From Octopus sinensis (lineage: Eukaryota), in assembly GCF_006345805.1 (NCBI RefSeq), contig NC_043002.1, forward strand, positions 81,282,001 through 81,346,000: a stretch of 64,000 bases of DNA, read 5' to 3'. Every line of letters starts with the position of its first letter. The stretch's first letter is position 1. The position numbers were made by a program, and so were the translations under genes. The notes beneath the pieces were generated by a model. That model saw only the letters and a list, made by a program, of their open reading frames with translations. It had not been told where the DNA came from and made no database searches. Positions 24,097 to 38,403 of the stretch are shown piece by piece.

Positions 24097-25769
24097 ATTT
24101 TTATAATTAAATATTATTAGGAATAATATTAAGAAAAAGAAATGTATTTCATATAAATTTTAACAACAAAATCTTATATGGACCCCGGCTGTGAACCACT
24201 GGACTAAGCCTTACATGGTAGTGGTCCAAGGTGGTGTCCAAGCATGCCACCAGTCCAATGACTTGAAACAAGTGAAAGATAAAAGACGAACAGGCAGGCA
24301 AATATCGAACGAAAACTTGAACTAGTTAACGCATTGTTAAAACTGCGTACTGACTATCACACAGAAGAACTAATAAAAAAAAACTATTGCGGTATTATGA
24401 TTGCGCCATATGTCTGGATTTGAATCTAAAAATTTACATTCTAGAAAGAAAATACAACAGTTAAAATCGACATCAGCAGAAACAAATGCAACAGATTATG
24501 AAAGGAAAAAAAAATACATATATATATATATAATTATATATAAAAAGAATATCTTTGGTTGGAAAAGACAAGATTTGGTAGCGCTAAATTTGATGTGCAT
24601 CCCGCTATTTTGTTACACAATCGGAAGAAATGTTGGAGCCAATATTAACAAAAAAAGTTTTAAAATGAGAACAAATAGAAATTCTTCTCAATGTATTTCG
24701 GTTCTATATTTAAACATATTTTGCACCATTGACTATTATAATCATCAATATCAGAAAGAAATTCTGTTGATGTATGCACACACACTCACACACACATATA
24801 TACGCACACACACACATACACACACACATATACATACATACGTACGTACATACATACATGCATACACACATACATACATACATGCATACATACATACACG
24901 CCTATAAATGAATATATCTGTCTGTACTTATAGATACACACACACACACACATATATATAGATACACACACAAACATACATATATATATTCATATATATA
25001 CATATATACACATGTAGACATATATATGCATATACATATGCATGTATGCATTTATATACACACGCATACGCACATATATACATATATGTATATATATATA
25101 TTCATATATATACATATATACACATGTAGACATATATATGCATATACATATGCATGTATGCATTTATATACACACGCATACGCACATATATACATACACA
25201 CAGAGAAAGATATGAATATATATATTCAATATACATAGACATATGTATATTTATACACACACACACACATGTATATATACATATATAGATACAATATTAT
25301 ATATATATGCACACCTATATAAATACATATACACACACACACACACACTCATACACACATACATATACGTACATGTTTATACGTGAGTGTGTGTGTGAGT
25401 GCGCACGTGTGCGGACGCAATTTTACAGCATTAGGTTTTTTTCGTACAACTAATTTCCTTTTCTGTATAACCTGTTGCTTTCTCAGTATATGGTATATTG
25501 AAGAGAGAAACGTTACTTCTTTAACCAAACACTTTACTAATATAAGAAATGTTTCAAAGCCAAAGAAACAAACAAGCAATCAATCAGACAAACAAATGTA
25601 ACAAAAACGTGGCACCGAACGTTTTGAGTATTTTGATAATATCGGAGCTGGCGTTGTGTGTGTGTGTGTGTGGGGGGGGGGGGGTAATGGGACAGAGCCG
25701 TTCGCCAAACATCGAGTACGTGTCTGCTTACCAAGTGAAGTAGTTATAAGGACATAACTTTCTATTGTC

Positions 25770-26017
25770 ATGGTTAAATCACTATGATTGCGGTCATGCT
25801 GGAGTACTGCCTTGTCGGGTTTTAGTCGAACAAATCGACACCTGTATTTAAGTGTTTTTTTTTGTTTCATTGAGTCTGGTGCTTATTCTATCGGTCTCCT
25901 TCCGCCGAACCGTTATGTTACGGGGACGCAAACAAATTGCCGGTTGCCAAGTGTCATGGAAGGACATATACAGGTGCAAAGACGCTCACATATATATATG
26001 TGTGTACATATATATAT

Positions 26018-26087
<70 letters not shown>

Positions 26088-26175
26088 GGATAGATAGATA
26101 GAAGATAGATAGATAGATAGATAGATAGATGGATAGATAGATAGATAGATGCATACATATAAAGTACACACACAC

Positions 26176-26218
<43 letters not shown>

Positions 26219-26277
26219 CATATATATATATATATATATTATATATACATATATAATATATATTATATATATATATA

Positions 26278-26308
<31 letters not shown>

Positions 26309-26330
26309 CACATATATATACCACACACAC

Positions 26331-26372
<42 letters not shown>

Positions 26373-26448
26373 TCTATATATATATATATATATAAATAAA
26401 TATATATATATATATATAGTATATATATTATATATATATATATATATA

Positions 26449-26504
<56 letters not shown>

Positions 26505-26518
26505 AATAAATATAATAT

Positions 26519-26580
<62 letters not shown>

Positions 26581-26752
26581 CACACATACACATTACGATT
26601 AGTTTCCTCACAGCTTTGTCTGCCAAACTCATTCACAGGGCATTGGTTGACCTAGAGCTTTAGTAGAAAGTACTTGCGGTGCCGCGCAATGTGACTCAAC
26701 TCGAAACCACATGGTTGCAAAGCGCGTTTTGCTACGCGCACACCCATACACC
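25770..26752 (-). mobile_element. SINE family A with ~600-bp internal microsatellite expansion
   Basis: 3' half at 25770-25975 and 5' half at 26590-26752, separated by (GATA)n/(TA)n. Confidence 0.75.
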
Positions 26753-26834
26753 TGTGTGGACCAAAATGGCTCACATCTATACTGTGTCGCCTGCCATCGA
26801 AAGCCAATCAAATAGAACCTGTTTTTACAAACGC

Positions 26835-27160
26835 ATGTAGAGTAGTCCTTCCGCGCGGCTTCTTGGGAAAGTGTCTTCTACTAAGCCTTGTATTAATGAA
26901 CGTTTTATGAATGAATTTAGTTGTCGTATATATGTATGTCTCTCTTTGTTTGTCATTATCTTTCTCCCACGCATCTGTAATTTGTTTGCGTCCCAGCAAC
27001 CTAGTAGTTTGGCAAAGGAGTCTGATAGAATAAGTACCAGGCTTGAAAAACAAAGCATAAAAATAAAGCTAAAGTACTGGGATTGATTTGTTCGGTTAAA
27101 CGCCTTCAAAGCAGCTTTACCATGGCTGCAATCCAATGATTGTAACAAGTAAAACATAAT
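26835..27160 (+). mobile_element. SINE family A, diverged copy
   Basis: GGGAAAGTGTCTTCTACTA..., GATAGAATAAGTACCAGGCTT, CATGGCTGCAATCCAATGA. Confidence 0.7.
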
Positions 27161-27305
27161 CGATAAATGATGAAACGGAAATGAGTTTTTCTAATATGAA
27201 TTCATCAAAGGACAACACCGTTGGCACCCTAATCTAAATAATATGCATGCTTTGCAATTAATGCATCTATAAATTTTTGTATCCTTGATATTGATTTTAA
27301 ATTTT

Positions 27306-27504
27306 GGCACAAGGCTAGCAAGTTCAGGGCAGGAGGTAATTCGATTATCTTGACTCCAGTGCTTAACTCGTATTTCTTTTATCGACCCTGAAAGGATAAA
27401 AAGCAAAGTCGACCTCGACGGGATTTGAACTCAGAACGTAAAGACGGACGAAATGCCGCCAAACATTCTACCCCGGTGTGCTAACGAATCTGTCAGCTCG
27501 CTGC
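27306..27504 (-). mobile_element. SINE family B
   Basis: Reverse-complement match to 20786-20998. Confidence 0.8.
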
Positions 27505-28249
27505 ATTCTTTGTATCCTTTGTATAGAGAATTGTTTATTTAAAAAAAAAACTGCATTCAGTCGTGCCTGAGTGTGTCATATACCTTCATACGGGAACTTT
27601 ATTGCAGATACATATATCTCCCACCTACCACCCTGATTTGAACACTTGTTGGAATAAAGATGGTAGGTTTTTCATTAATTTCATTTCCTTTTTCTTCCTC
27701 TTTTTTGTAGAGCGTGGTTCTATATCTTTTGTCTGTCTCGAAGAAAGGAAGCCAGCCATAATCCATGAACGAGCTAGTACTGCTTAGTAACCTGTATTAT
27801 ACTTTCGTTAATTCTTTTAGTTGCCTAAACATCCGTAGTTTCAATGCTAAGTCTTCCTTTAATATGTTTCAATCGCCGCAGGTCGTACACAAATGTATGC
27901 AGCTTCTCAACTGTAAGATATTAAAGAGCTATCCATCACTAACGAACGAACAAGTATGACCTGATGACATGTACCATGTTTTAGTTAATAGTTTTAAGTG
28001 CCTATAAATTCACAAGCAGACTTAGACACTCTCCTGACTCTCTAATACTTTGATCTAGCGGGCTGCTCAGGACGTGAGTGCTTGAGAAAGCGAGAGAGAG
28101 AAAGAGAGAAGTACCAGTGCTTAGCTGGTACTCATTTTCACCCTTATACACTGGAGAAACGCGGAATGAAGTGCCTTGTGGAAGAGCATAACGCACCGCT
28201 CGAGCCAGTATTGAACGTACATTATGATCCTCAGCCAAATACCCTGATC

Positions 28250-29040
28250 AATGAAATACGCGCCTTCATTTTGTCTTGAACAGCCACCATATTTAAAACT
28301 GTTCTTTTACAGTTTAATGACTTAACGCTGCATTGCTCAGTTTCCCAATTTCCCAAAGAGACAAAAATTGAGATGAAAAAGCTATCATACTGACATTTCG
28401 TTGTTGCAAATAAAACTAAGAGCTCTTGGAGGAATTCCATAGAAATTGATTCAACGTGAAGTCTTCGACGGATTTTGATATTTATAAAGTGTTTGTAAAT
28501 GTTAGACTCATCCAATGTCAACATAGTGGTAACTAACATACACACTCTTTTATATTATACACACACCTTCATATCACACACACGCCTTCATATCATACAC
28601 ACGCTTTCATTTGCTAAGAATTTTCTTTTTCATTATTTTTACTACACTTAGCCTCTACTGTCAGAAGTAGGTGCCCATACGTAATTTTATTCTAAATTGG
28701 GTAAAAGAAATAGACAACATCCTCAGAGAAAGCTTGTCTGACGGTCTTTTTCTTGAAATCGGCTCCTAAGAACTCTTCCTCATACAATAAATTGTCAACA
28801 TTTTTAACATCCCAGGATGCCAGCTTTGATCTGCAGTTCATATTGTTTCATCTCACGACTATACAACTTACATAACGCAAAGGAACACGCTTTGTGTATT
28901 TTGCAACTTTCCTCTCTCTTGCCTTCGTCTTCTTTCCTTCCAAGGCGGCATCCCACTCTCAAGGGGCTCAAAACTATAACACTTGAAGTTTTGTTGTCAC
29001 ATTGTTTTTCTTCCTACAATAGGTTTGCTTTCGAATGCTG
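28250..29040 (-). mobile_element. Possible highly decayed CR1/L2-type LINE 3' fragment
   Basis: Weak motifs PNLE*NYVWAP (cf. RPxLEY...VW.P) and SVKSLNCK; many stops. Confidence 0.3.
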
Positions 29041-30479
29041 AAATTTAATTTTCTGTCATCTCTGCACACTTGCCCGCATTGTGTTACAGGGTGACAACAG
29101 GACTTTAACCTATGAGATAAAGCCACTAGTTAGCCAATATCTGATGTCTTGCAAACAACTTGCACATGCAAGTGCTACCAGTCAAAAACTCCGCATACCG
29201 GAAGCCAGCAAGTGTATAGGGTCATCAGGAGAGAATGCGCGCCGTTTCGGGGCCTACCTCTCGATGGCATCAATGCGCACCCCACCCCCCACACTCACTG
29301 ATATGAGGCCCCGCTTGCTAGATCAGCTGGTTATCAAATAAAGCTCAATATCCTTCTAGCCATCGCTGATCGTCTCTTTTTAACCAAATCCAATGGCTAG
29401 CCTTCTCCACTTGCTCATATTACGCTACCAAAGTGGAAGTGGATTCTAAACGATGGAGCGAAAATCCAACTCGAGGGAGCTTTCGTACACTTGAAGCTTA
29501 CCACATTTTTACATACGAAGATTATGTATGTATAAATCTATGTTTGGATATGCACGTTCTGTATTTTCTTACCGTGACTGAATCTTCGGGTTGCAACAAC
29601 TACAACAAAATACTGATTAAAAAAGATTTTATAACCTCGACTATAGTGTCTTTCCACTATTACTGTAAATATCCTTACTATAAAAGTTCACTATGAATAA
29701 CAATCATCATAATTTGTGATTGATGGAGCTAAATTGTCTTAATACCCTACAACAGTATCTATGACAATCAATACTGCACAACGGCTAAAATTTTAGATAA
29801 TCTACTATAATTCAATATATCACCTTATCATTTCGTTTTATTAAAATATATCGATAAATAAAAATAATAATTTGAAAAATATTAAAGCTTTTTTACATTA
29901 TTATTTGCCTTACTAAAAGTGGGTGGACAAAACCTTTGCAACCTATCTTGTATTATACACATCCCTTGTGGTTTATATGTAACACAGTACTATCTAATAT
30001 GATCTTTCATTCAAATATGAGATGAAAGATTGGACTGCTTTTCCTAGCTGTTCATTTGGCCAAAGTATAAATAGGTATTTGGCTCATATATGTATGTGCA
30101 GTATGAAAACACAGCCTAAACATAGGGCTGCATTCCAAATACTGGCCCCTTCTTTTCAAGGCCAGACGATACTTCAATATCCAACAAGTATTGATAAGCG
30201 ACAAAGCTCAAGTGAGACTCCTAGGTCTTGACTTACAAAAGTTTAAGAACATTCATGGCACTAAAATCTCTCATCGGTCTAGGAAAGCCTGCAAAAGTGG
30301 TGAGTGCTGCCCTTTTCCTTCAACCCTAGCTAGTAAAATAAAATTTATTCTTATAATTCTTGTGTTCTTGCGTGAAGGAATAAAGATAAGTATAAATATA
30401 GGCATACCTGTGTCTATATTATATGTTAATGTGAGAGTAGCTGAAAATGTTCAGAACCAAAGCCAAAATGATAATTATA

Positions 30480-31709
30480 TCAGGCTAAGTAGAAAGTAAG
30501 CAACGTTTTGAAACACGAAATTCCTTCCAATATATTTCAACAATACGGAAATTTTATTCATCAAAGTAAATACTGCTACAATCAACACATTTTTGCCAAC
30601 GAGTTACAAGTTTGTTTATTCCGATAACATAAAAATATAGAGTTTTGGATCTGATGAACTCTTTGAATGCACTTTCAGCTCCTTCTTTTGCACGAAACTA
30701 TCAAGGTGCTTGAAAAAGTGGTAGTCGGTAGGAGAAAGGGCTGAGGATTAAATTGGGTGGGGAAGAACTTCGTAGCCAAGTTCCTTAAACATCTGGAGCG
30801 TCATTAGTGAAACGTGTGGTCGAGTAGAGTCATGAAGAATGATTGACCCTCTTTTGTTAACCAGTATGGGACCGAGGAGTATCAGTTTTTCGTTCATTTT
30901 GGCGATTTCATGGCAATATGTTTCTGCAGTAATGGTCTTTCCGGGTTTTAAGAAGTTATAGTGGATGAGTCCAGCAGAACACCACCAAACAGTCACCATA
31001 AGCTTTTTTTTGAAGAGCTAGGATTTAGGGAAGGTTTTCGGTGCTTCATTTTGGTTCAACCACTGCGAAGAACGTTTTTTTATTATTGTACAGAATCCAC
31101 TTTTCATTGCAAGTCAAGAAATGGATCGGTCTGGTTATGGAGAAGAAGCAACGAGCAAATTTCATATCAGTGCCATTTTCTGATTTTCATTCAAATTGTG
31201 TCGTGCTTTTTTGATTTTCTGTTCGCATGCAAATGGTTACAGACAGTTTTCTGGCTAACTTGAAGTCTTTTTGCCAGTTCTCGAGTGGTTTTACGTGGAT
31301 CTTTCTCAATGACGGTCTTTAATTGACTGTCATCGATGACAGATGGGCGTACATTACGCTTACAATCTTCAAGGCTCAGGTATCCACTGCGAAATCATTT
31401 AAACTATTTTCCAGCTGACCACTCACTGGTCATCTCCTCACCAAACCTTTCGTTGATAGCGCGAACAGTTTCAGCTGCTTTCCGTACATTTTTGAAGTTG
31501 AATAGCAAAATTGCTCGAATATCGCGCTTTCACGGTTCCATTTCAGATGATTGTAGCAACGGTGAAAAAAAATATCAATGTTAATTTAGTCTATATCTGT
31601 ATTATCAGACAATTGCAAATACATGTCTAGAAAAAAGTTCAAAATTCTGCAAAAATTCGGTACAAATTCTTCATGGTTCAAAACGTTGATTAGTTTTTAC
31701 TCAACCTGA
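30480..31709 (-). mobile_element. Full-length, inactive mariner (DD34D) transposon
   Basis: 33-bp imperfect TIRs (TCAGGCTAAGTAGAAAGTAAGCAACGTTTTGAA vs TCAGGTTGAGTAAAAACTAATCAACGTTTTGAA), TA at 30478-79 and 31710-11. Transposase motifs TCNEKWILY, MVTVWW, ILHDSTRPH-x-SPTDYHFF with exactly 34 residues between the last two Asp; stops, frameshifts and first D->N. Confidence 0.95.
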
Positions 31710-32192
31710 TATAAAAATAAATTTCAGTGTATTCAGCTAGATTATCTGCTGGACTACTTACTGGTCATTATCTGAGAGCAGAGATTCAACGAGTAACAAA
31801 TGGTCGTCATTATCATCCTCATCATCCTCATCACCCCTAATCGTCATCATCCTCATCTTCATTCTCATCTTGATTATAATCATCGTCGTCATCATCATTA
31901 TCACCGTCGTGATCGTGGTCGTCGCCGTCGCCACCGCTGTCGTCGTCATCTTTAACATCATCATCATCATCCCCATCATACTAAAATAGATGGCTACAAA
32001 TCGTCATATTTTGGTATCTTTGAACTTCATTCCAAATACATACATATATGTGTGTGTGTGTGTGTGTGTATGTGTTTGTGTGTGTGTATGTGTGTGTGTA
32101 TGTATGTATGCATGTACGTATATATGTATGTATGTGCGTACGTATGTATGTATGTATGTATGTATGTATGTATGTATGTATGTATGTGTGTG

Positions 32193-32229
<37 letters not shown>

Positions 32230-32588
32230 CAACAACGTAGATGTAATACTTCATATTTCCCAACGGAAGTTGAAATCGGTTAGCTGAATTATTACCGCAA
32301 CTCTGTAAAACTGTTAACTTAGGGACATAAGTGTCTCAAATTTTCGATTTTACTTGAAACCCTGCTCCGTGCCTCTGCGAAATTTGACACTCGGAAAATG
32401 AATGATTTAACTAAATTCTCACAAGAATTTTGCAAGTCTGGTTTTTCGATTGCTAATATCTTGTAGGGCAGCAGGTAAAGTGTACATAAAAATAAGCAAA
32501 TCTGATTACGAAAACAAAGGAAGAAGAAATCATACTCTTAAAATTGTCGATAATTTTCTGTTTTTCATATCAATAAGCGAAGCAGACT

Positions 32589-32632
32589 TGCTTTCATATA
32601 AAGATTTAAAGTAGAATCTTTATATGAAAGCA
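32589..32632. other. Perfect 18-bp hairpin, 8-nt loop
   Basis: TGCTTTCATATAAAGATT-TAAAGTAG-AATCTTTATATGAAAGCA. Confidence 0.8.
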
Positions 32633-33552
32633 TCAGCATTTAACCGTAGTTGAACATAACACCGCAACTATAAACACCGAATGTAACGTCCATAAATTCT
32701 ATCATGTGGATCATAAATGTCAGCTGCTTAGCTACTAGGTTCAGGAATGCACTTTACATTAGCACCATTAAAATATATACATGGAACCATAATAGTGTAA
32801 TAAAATCTACTATAATTACTTAGTTGACCAACTTCGAAATTTTGTGAAATGAAGACAAACCTCCAACTATGTTGCTGTGTTTTTTTTTCTTTGTATTTTT
32901 TGTTGTTTTCTTTTTCGCTTTTTTTTTTCTTTTTTTCTTTGTTCTTTTTCTTTATCTTTTTATTAAATGACGAAATTTAAATTCTGTGGAACTTTGGCAG
33001 ACGGACTGGTCATCATTTCATTTTGCATACAGCAAATACACTTGATATGTTTACTTATATAGAATTAAGATCTGGAATTTTGCATGTGGGAGGGGAACAG
33101 TTGATTATATCGATTACGAGTACTTGGTAGGCACACTTATCATATTTTATCGAACTTGTAAGAATGGAAGGCGAAATTTTCACTCGGTTGGAAATGAACA
33201 CAGAAACTGAAAAAGCCAGAATAAATACAATATATTTTTCCTAACGCTCTACTGTTTCTGAAAATCCACCATCTTATTTCATTTAAAATTCATTTCTTAC
33301 ATAGTCACATGGTCAAGCATGTTGTGGACGCGTACAGTTATTTAGAATGACGCCATTACTTGACTGATTGCTTAATTAATCGACCTGGGAAGGATGAAAG
33401 TTAAAGCTGATCCAAGTGAAAACTAAATAGCACATCTTAGTTCTACTGACATACGAATCTCTCAACTGACAATTTTCATCAAACCTCAAAGAAAAATATA
33501 AAATATCAATAACATTTTAATAATTATTTTTATTATTAGGCTGACGAAAATC

Positions 33553-34350
33553 AGCGAGCCGGCAGAATCGTTAGCACAGTGGACGAAATGCTTAGCAGTA
33601 TTTCGCCCGTCGCTACGTTCTGAGTGCAAATTCCACCGAGGCCGACTTTGCCTTTCATCCTTTCGGAGTCGATAAATTAAGTACCAGTTGCGTACTGGGG
33701 TCGATCTAATCGAATGGCCCCCTCCCCCAAAATTTCGGGCGTTGTGCCTAGAGTAGAAAAGAATCGTTATCACGGTGGACGAAATTCTTAGCAGTATTTC
33801 GTCCGTCGCTACGTTCTGTGTTCAAACTCCACCGAGGTCGACTTTGCCTTTCATCCTTTCGGAGTTGATAAATAATCGACTATCCATCCCTCACCACCAC
33901 TACCACCACTACAATTTCAGGCCTTGTTCCTATGGTAGAAAGGACTATTAGGATGGTGAGCAAGCAAAATCGTTATTGCGCTGGACAATACTACTTAGCG
34001 GCATTTTGTCCGTCTTCACGTTCTGAGTTCAAATTCCACCGAGGTCAACTTTGACTTTCATCCTTGCGGGATTGATAAATTAAATACCAGTGAAACACTG
34101 GAGTCGATGTATTCGATTAGCCCCCCCACACAATTTCAGGCCTCGTGCTTATAGTGGAAAGGAGTATTAGGACAGTTAGCTGGCAAAATCGTTATTGCAT
34201 TTTGTCCGTCTTCACGTTCTGAGTTCAAATTTCACCTTTTATCCTCTCAAGGTCGATAAAAGAAGTGCCAGTTAAGCACTGGAGTTGATGCAATCGTCTA
34301 CTCCACCCTCCTATGAACTTGCTGGCCTGGTACCACAACTTGAAACCAAT
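33553..34350 (+). mobile_element. Four head-to-tail SINE family B copies
   Basis: Units at about 33553, 33766, 33951 and 34171; further partial copies at 34570-34720 and 34830-34915. Confidence 0.85.
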
Positions 34351-35399
34351 AATTGTTCCTGCTATAATCACAAGGCACTTATTTTTGTGTAGGATGCAGT
34401 CCACTAATTTATTTTATCGACCCCAGAAAACCAAAGAAAAAAAAAACTGACCTTAGCGGAATTTAAACTCTGAACTTCAAAAAGTTGGTTTAAATTTTAT
34501 TCTTTTTTTCTGACACTTCCAATTCTGCTAAATTTCCCAATTTAATGTTTAATAATATAGAAATGCTTAAGGTGGTGAACTGGCAGAATCATTAGTAAAA
34601 TGCTTAGTGGTATTTCCTCAGTCTACGTTCCGAGTTCAAATTCCGCTGCCGTCAATTTTGCCTTTCATCCTCTGGAGATCGGTAAAATAAATGACAATTG
34701 AACACTGGGGAGCGTTGGTTTTTTTTTTGTTTAATGTGATGCAATTGAGACATTGTATATATTGTGTAAGACCTCTGGAGTTTGACATCCATTAAGGGAA
34801 GACAACGCTGAAAATACGCAAGTTTTCAAAATTGTTAGCGTGTCGAACAAAATGCTTGCTTAGCGGTATTTCTTCCAGCATTTACATTCTGAGTTCATAT
34901 TCCGCCGAGGTCAACTCTGTAAGTACAACCTCAAGGGTGTAGCAGCGCGGCGACCATGATGGCGACTGTGACAGTGGCCGTCGCGGCGACGGCGGTGGCG
35001 GGGACAGCAACGGCGACGGCAGTGGCGGTGACGGCGGCGGTGACGGCGGCGGTGACGGCGGCGGTGATTGAGAAGGTCCTAGTAGTGGAAGTAACGGCCT
35101 TTGTTGGCATTGCTGTTTATTTCCCAGTCAAACCTTATCATGTAGACATATGATGAAAGACAATCTAGCCATGATCATGCAGTCTTTTTTAAATGATATG
35201 TTGGACTATATACCATGTACGTTCGTTCCTTCTTTAAAACGTTAAAGTTTTTTTTTTATATAGAAAGATGTTTGACTGTTATGTCTAGCATGTCAAGCCA
35301 CCATGTAGAAGTTCTCTCGTTGGCTCGAGAACTCCATCGTTGGTGATGGAATTGAAGGTAGTAGCGGTGGTGATGTTAGTGATGATATTGGGAAGATAG

Positions 35400-35402
35400 T
35401 GA

Positions 35403-35478
<76 letters not shown>

Positions 35479-35505
35479 GGTGGTGGTGGTGGTGGTGGTG
35501 GCGGC
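35400..35505. repeat. (GTA)n(GTG)n triplet repeat
   Basis: Directly visible. Confidence 0.95.
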
Positions 35506-36984
35506 GGCGGGGGGTAACGGTGACAGCGGTAGCGGTAGCGGTGGCAGCTCGGCAGCAGTAGTGGTTGTAGCAGATGCAGTAGTAATGATGATGTCGCGTT
35601 CATTGCGATGATGTAAGTGGCATTTACAGAGATGACGTTGGATTAATGTCAAAGGTAGAGAAGTTTTTGCACGTTGTGGTGGTGACAGCAGAGTGCTGGT
35701 GTAGGCTATTGCGATATAGTGTGAGGGCAGTGCATGGGATGATTAAGACACAGTATGCGGGTGGAGTTAGAGTTTAGTTCTAAATAAGATGGTACAGAAG
35801 TGTTAAATGAATGTGAAAACTGCTAACTAATTGAAAGTTGATGATAAAAATTTTTTGTGAATTTGTATTTTCGGTTGTTATTGTCTATAAATGGATCGGA
35901 GGAGTTAGATGGAGAGAACTGAGGACGTGGTGGTTGGGTGGCTGTGAATCATCGGTGTCTCGTCCTTGGGTTGTAATTGGAAACAAGTGCAGTTCATGAT
36001 AGCAGATTAAGCACAATTATGTAAGAGGGCGTAATATGAAAATATACATATATATATATATATAAATATATTCACACAGACATCCGTACGTACATACATA
36101 CATACATACATACATTCATACATACATACATACATACATACATACATACATACATACATACATACATACATACAGAAGCGGGGAGCGAGAAGTTTTTGTG
36201 GAAAAGTAAATGATAGTGTAGAAACAGATACGTGAAAAAGAAGAAGAGAAAAAGAAGGGAAGAAAGAGAATGAAATAGAGAAGGAGAATAAGAATGTGAA
36301 TATTATGAAAGTTAGTAGCAAATGTGTGGAATAACATTGAATATTGGATGAGAGAAGACAATAGGAGGAGAAAGAAACAGAAAAGAACGAGAAGTGAAGA
36401 GAAGCGCGGGAGGGAAAATTAAAGGTAAATAATATGAGAGAGGGTGAGAAATGTGTGGGAAAAAAAGAAGAGTAAGTAAACAAAGGGAGACATGTGAGGA
36501 AAAGTGACAGATAAGAGAGAGAGAGGACAGAGGAAAAGAGATGGAAGGAGACAGAGGGTGAGATGGAGTGAGATAGTGAGAGGGAGATACGGAAGAGGTG
36601 GATTAGAGTGATGAATTCTGGGAAGATACAGAGAGTGGGAGGGAAAGGATGGGTTAAGTAGATAATATGCGCAAAAGTAAAGAGGAAAGAAAAGAATTGC
36701 TGAATATAGAGATTGAGGGACAGAACGAGTGTAAACGAAAGAGACTGGGCGGGAATGAGAAGTGTGATAGAAGAAAGGGGAAAAACTGACCTACAGAGAT
36801 AAAGAAATATGAACTATGTATGTACGTATGCATGTATGTATGTGTGTGTGTGTATGTGTGTGTCTGTGTGTATGTATGTACGTATGTATATATACATGTA
36901 TGTAACGGTAAGTATGCACATATATACATGAGCATATACATATCAATGGGTGTGTGTATACATATATGGTTGCGTATATGATGG

Positions 36985-37016
<32 letters not shown>

Positions 37017-37168
37017 TATATTCTTATATACATAAATATATGTATGTGTGTATGCATGCAAATATATGCATATACTTAAGTAAATGTGCACGTCGATGTA
37101 CATACATATAAACACACCCACACACTTACATATATATAAATATATACATGCATACATGCGTATATATG

Positions 37169-37207
<39 letters not shown>

Positions 37208-37290
37208 GAACATACATATACATGCACACACACATACATACATACACACATACATGTATATATTGTATATATACATACAGATATACATAC

Positions 37291-37330
<40 letters not shown>

Positions 37331-37482
37331 GTGTGTGTACGTATGTATGTAGAGACCTCACATTATACACACACACACACACGCACACACATACACACAC
37401 ACACACACACCACACACACACACACACACACACTATATATATATATATATATATATATAAGGAGACTGAGAATGCTAAATTC

Positions 37483-37595
<113 letters not shown>

Positions 37596-38331
37596 CCATA
37601 AAAGAGACAAACACACAGAGAGATGGGTGCAGGAAGACTCAGTGAAGCATATCATACGATTGGTGAATGAAATAGCTTTCTATGAATCCAATCAAGACGG
37701 AATGAATGACAGTTTGCCCAGCCGTTAGCTGGAGGAGTTCTTGAGGGTAAAGCACAACAGTAATTAATTTTGAACTGAAAGGGAAAGGTTCGTTAACGCC
37801 TCCAGTAAAAGAATTGGTCATAATACATGAGTTAACACTTTACTGGACACCAACAATATCGTGTGACAATATCATATAACACTGCCAGATTTGTCCACTC
37901 ATTCTCTGTTTCTCTCTATTTCTCTCTATTTCTCTCTGTCTGTTTCTGTTTCTCTGTGTCTCTTACTCTGGCTCTGTTTCTCTTCCTTTCTTTCTTTCTT
38001 TCTTTCTCTTTCCCTCTCTTTCATTCTCTCTCTCGCTCTATCTATCTCGAAACTGTGTGAGCGCGCGCGCGCGTGTGTGAGTGTGAATGCGTATATGCAT
38101 ACATACACGCATACATACAGATATGGGTGTATGTGTATGTGTATGTATATGTGTATGTATATATGTACGTATGTATGTACGGAGGAAGAAAGGGAGGAAC
38201 TAAAGCAGAACTGCTTGGTTACACGTACGTCTATCTACTACGTATATACATACATACATACATACATGCGCGCATAATATATGCAAGCATACATATACAT
38301 ATACACACACATACACACACACGCACACGCA

Positions 38332-38403
<72 letters not shown>

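Noticed and set aside
29215-29290. GAAAC and CTGATGA motifs on the minus strand
   Set aside because: Order and spacing give no stem II pairing in the type II arrangement, and the type I reading needs two core substitutions.
33553-34350. Regularly spaced repeats as a CRISPR-like array
   Set aside because: Units are ~200-bp whole SINE copies without unique spacers; eukaryotic context and no cas genes.
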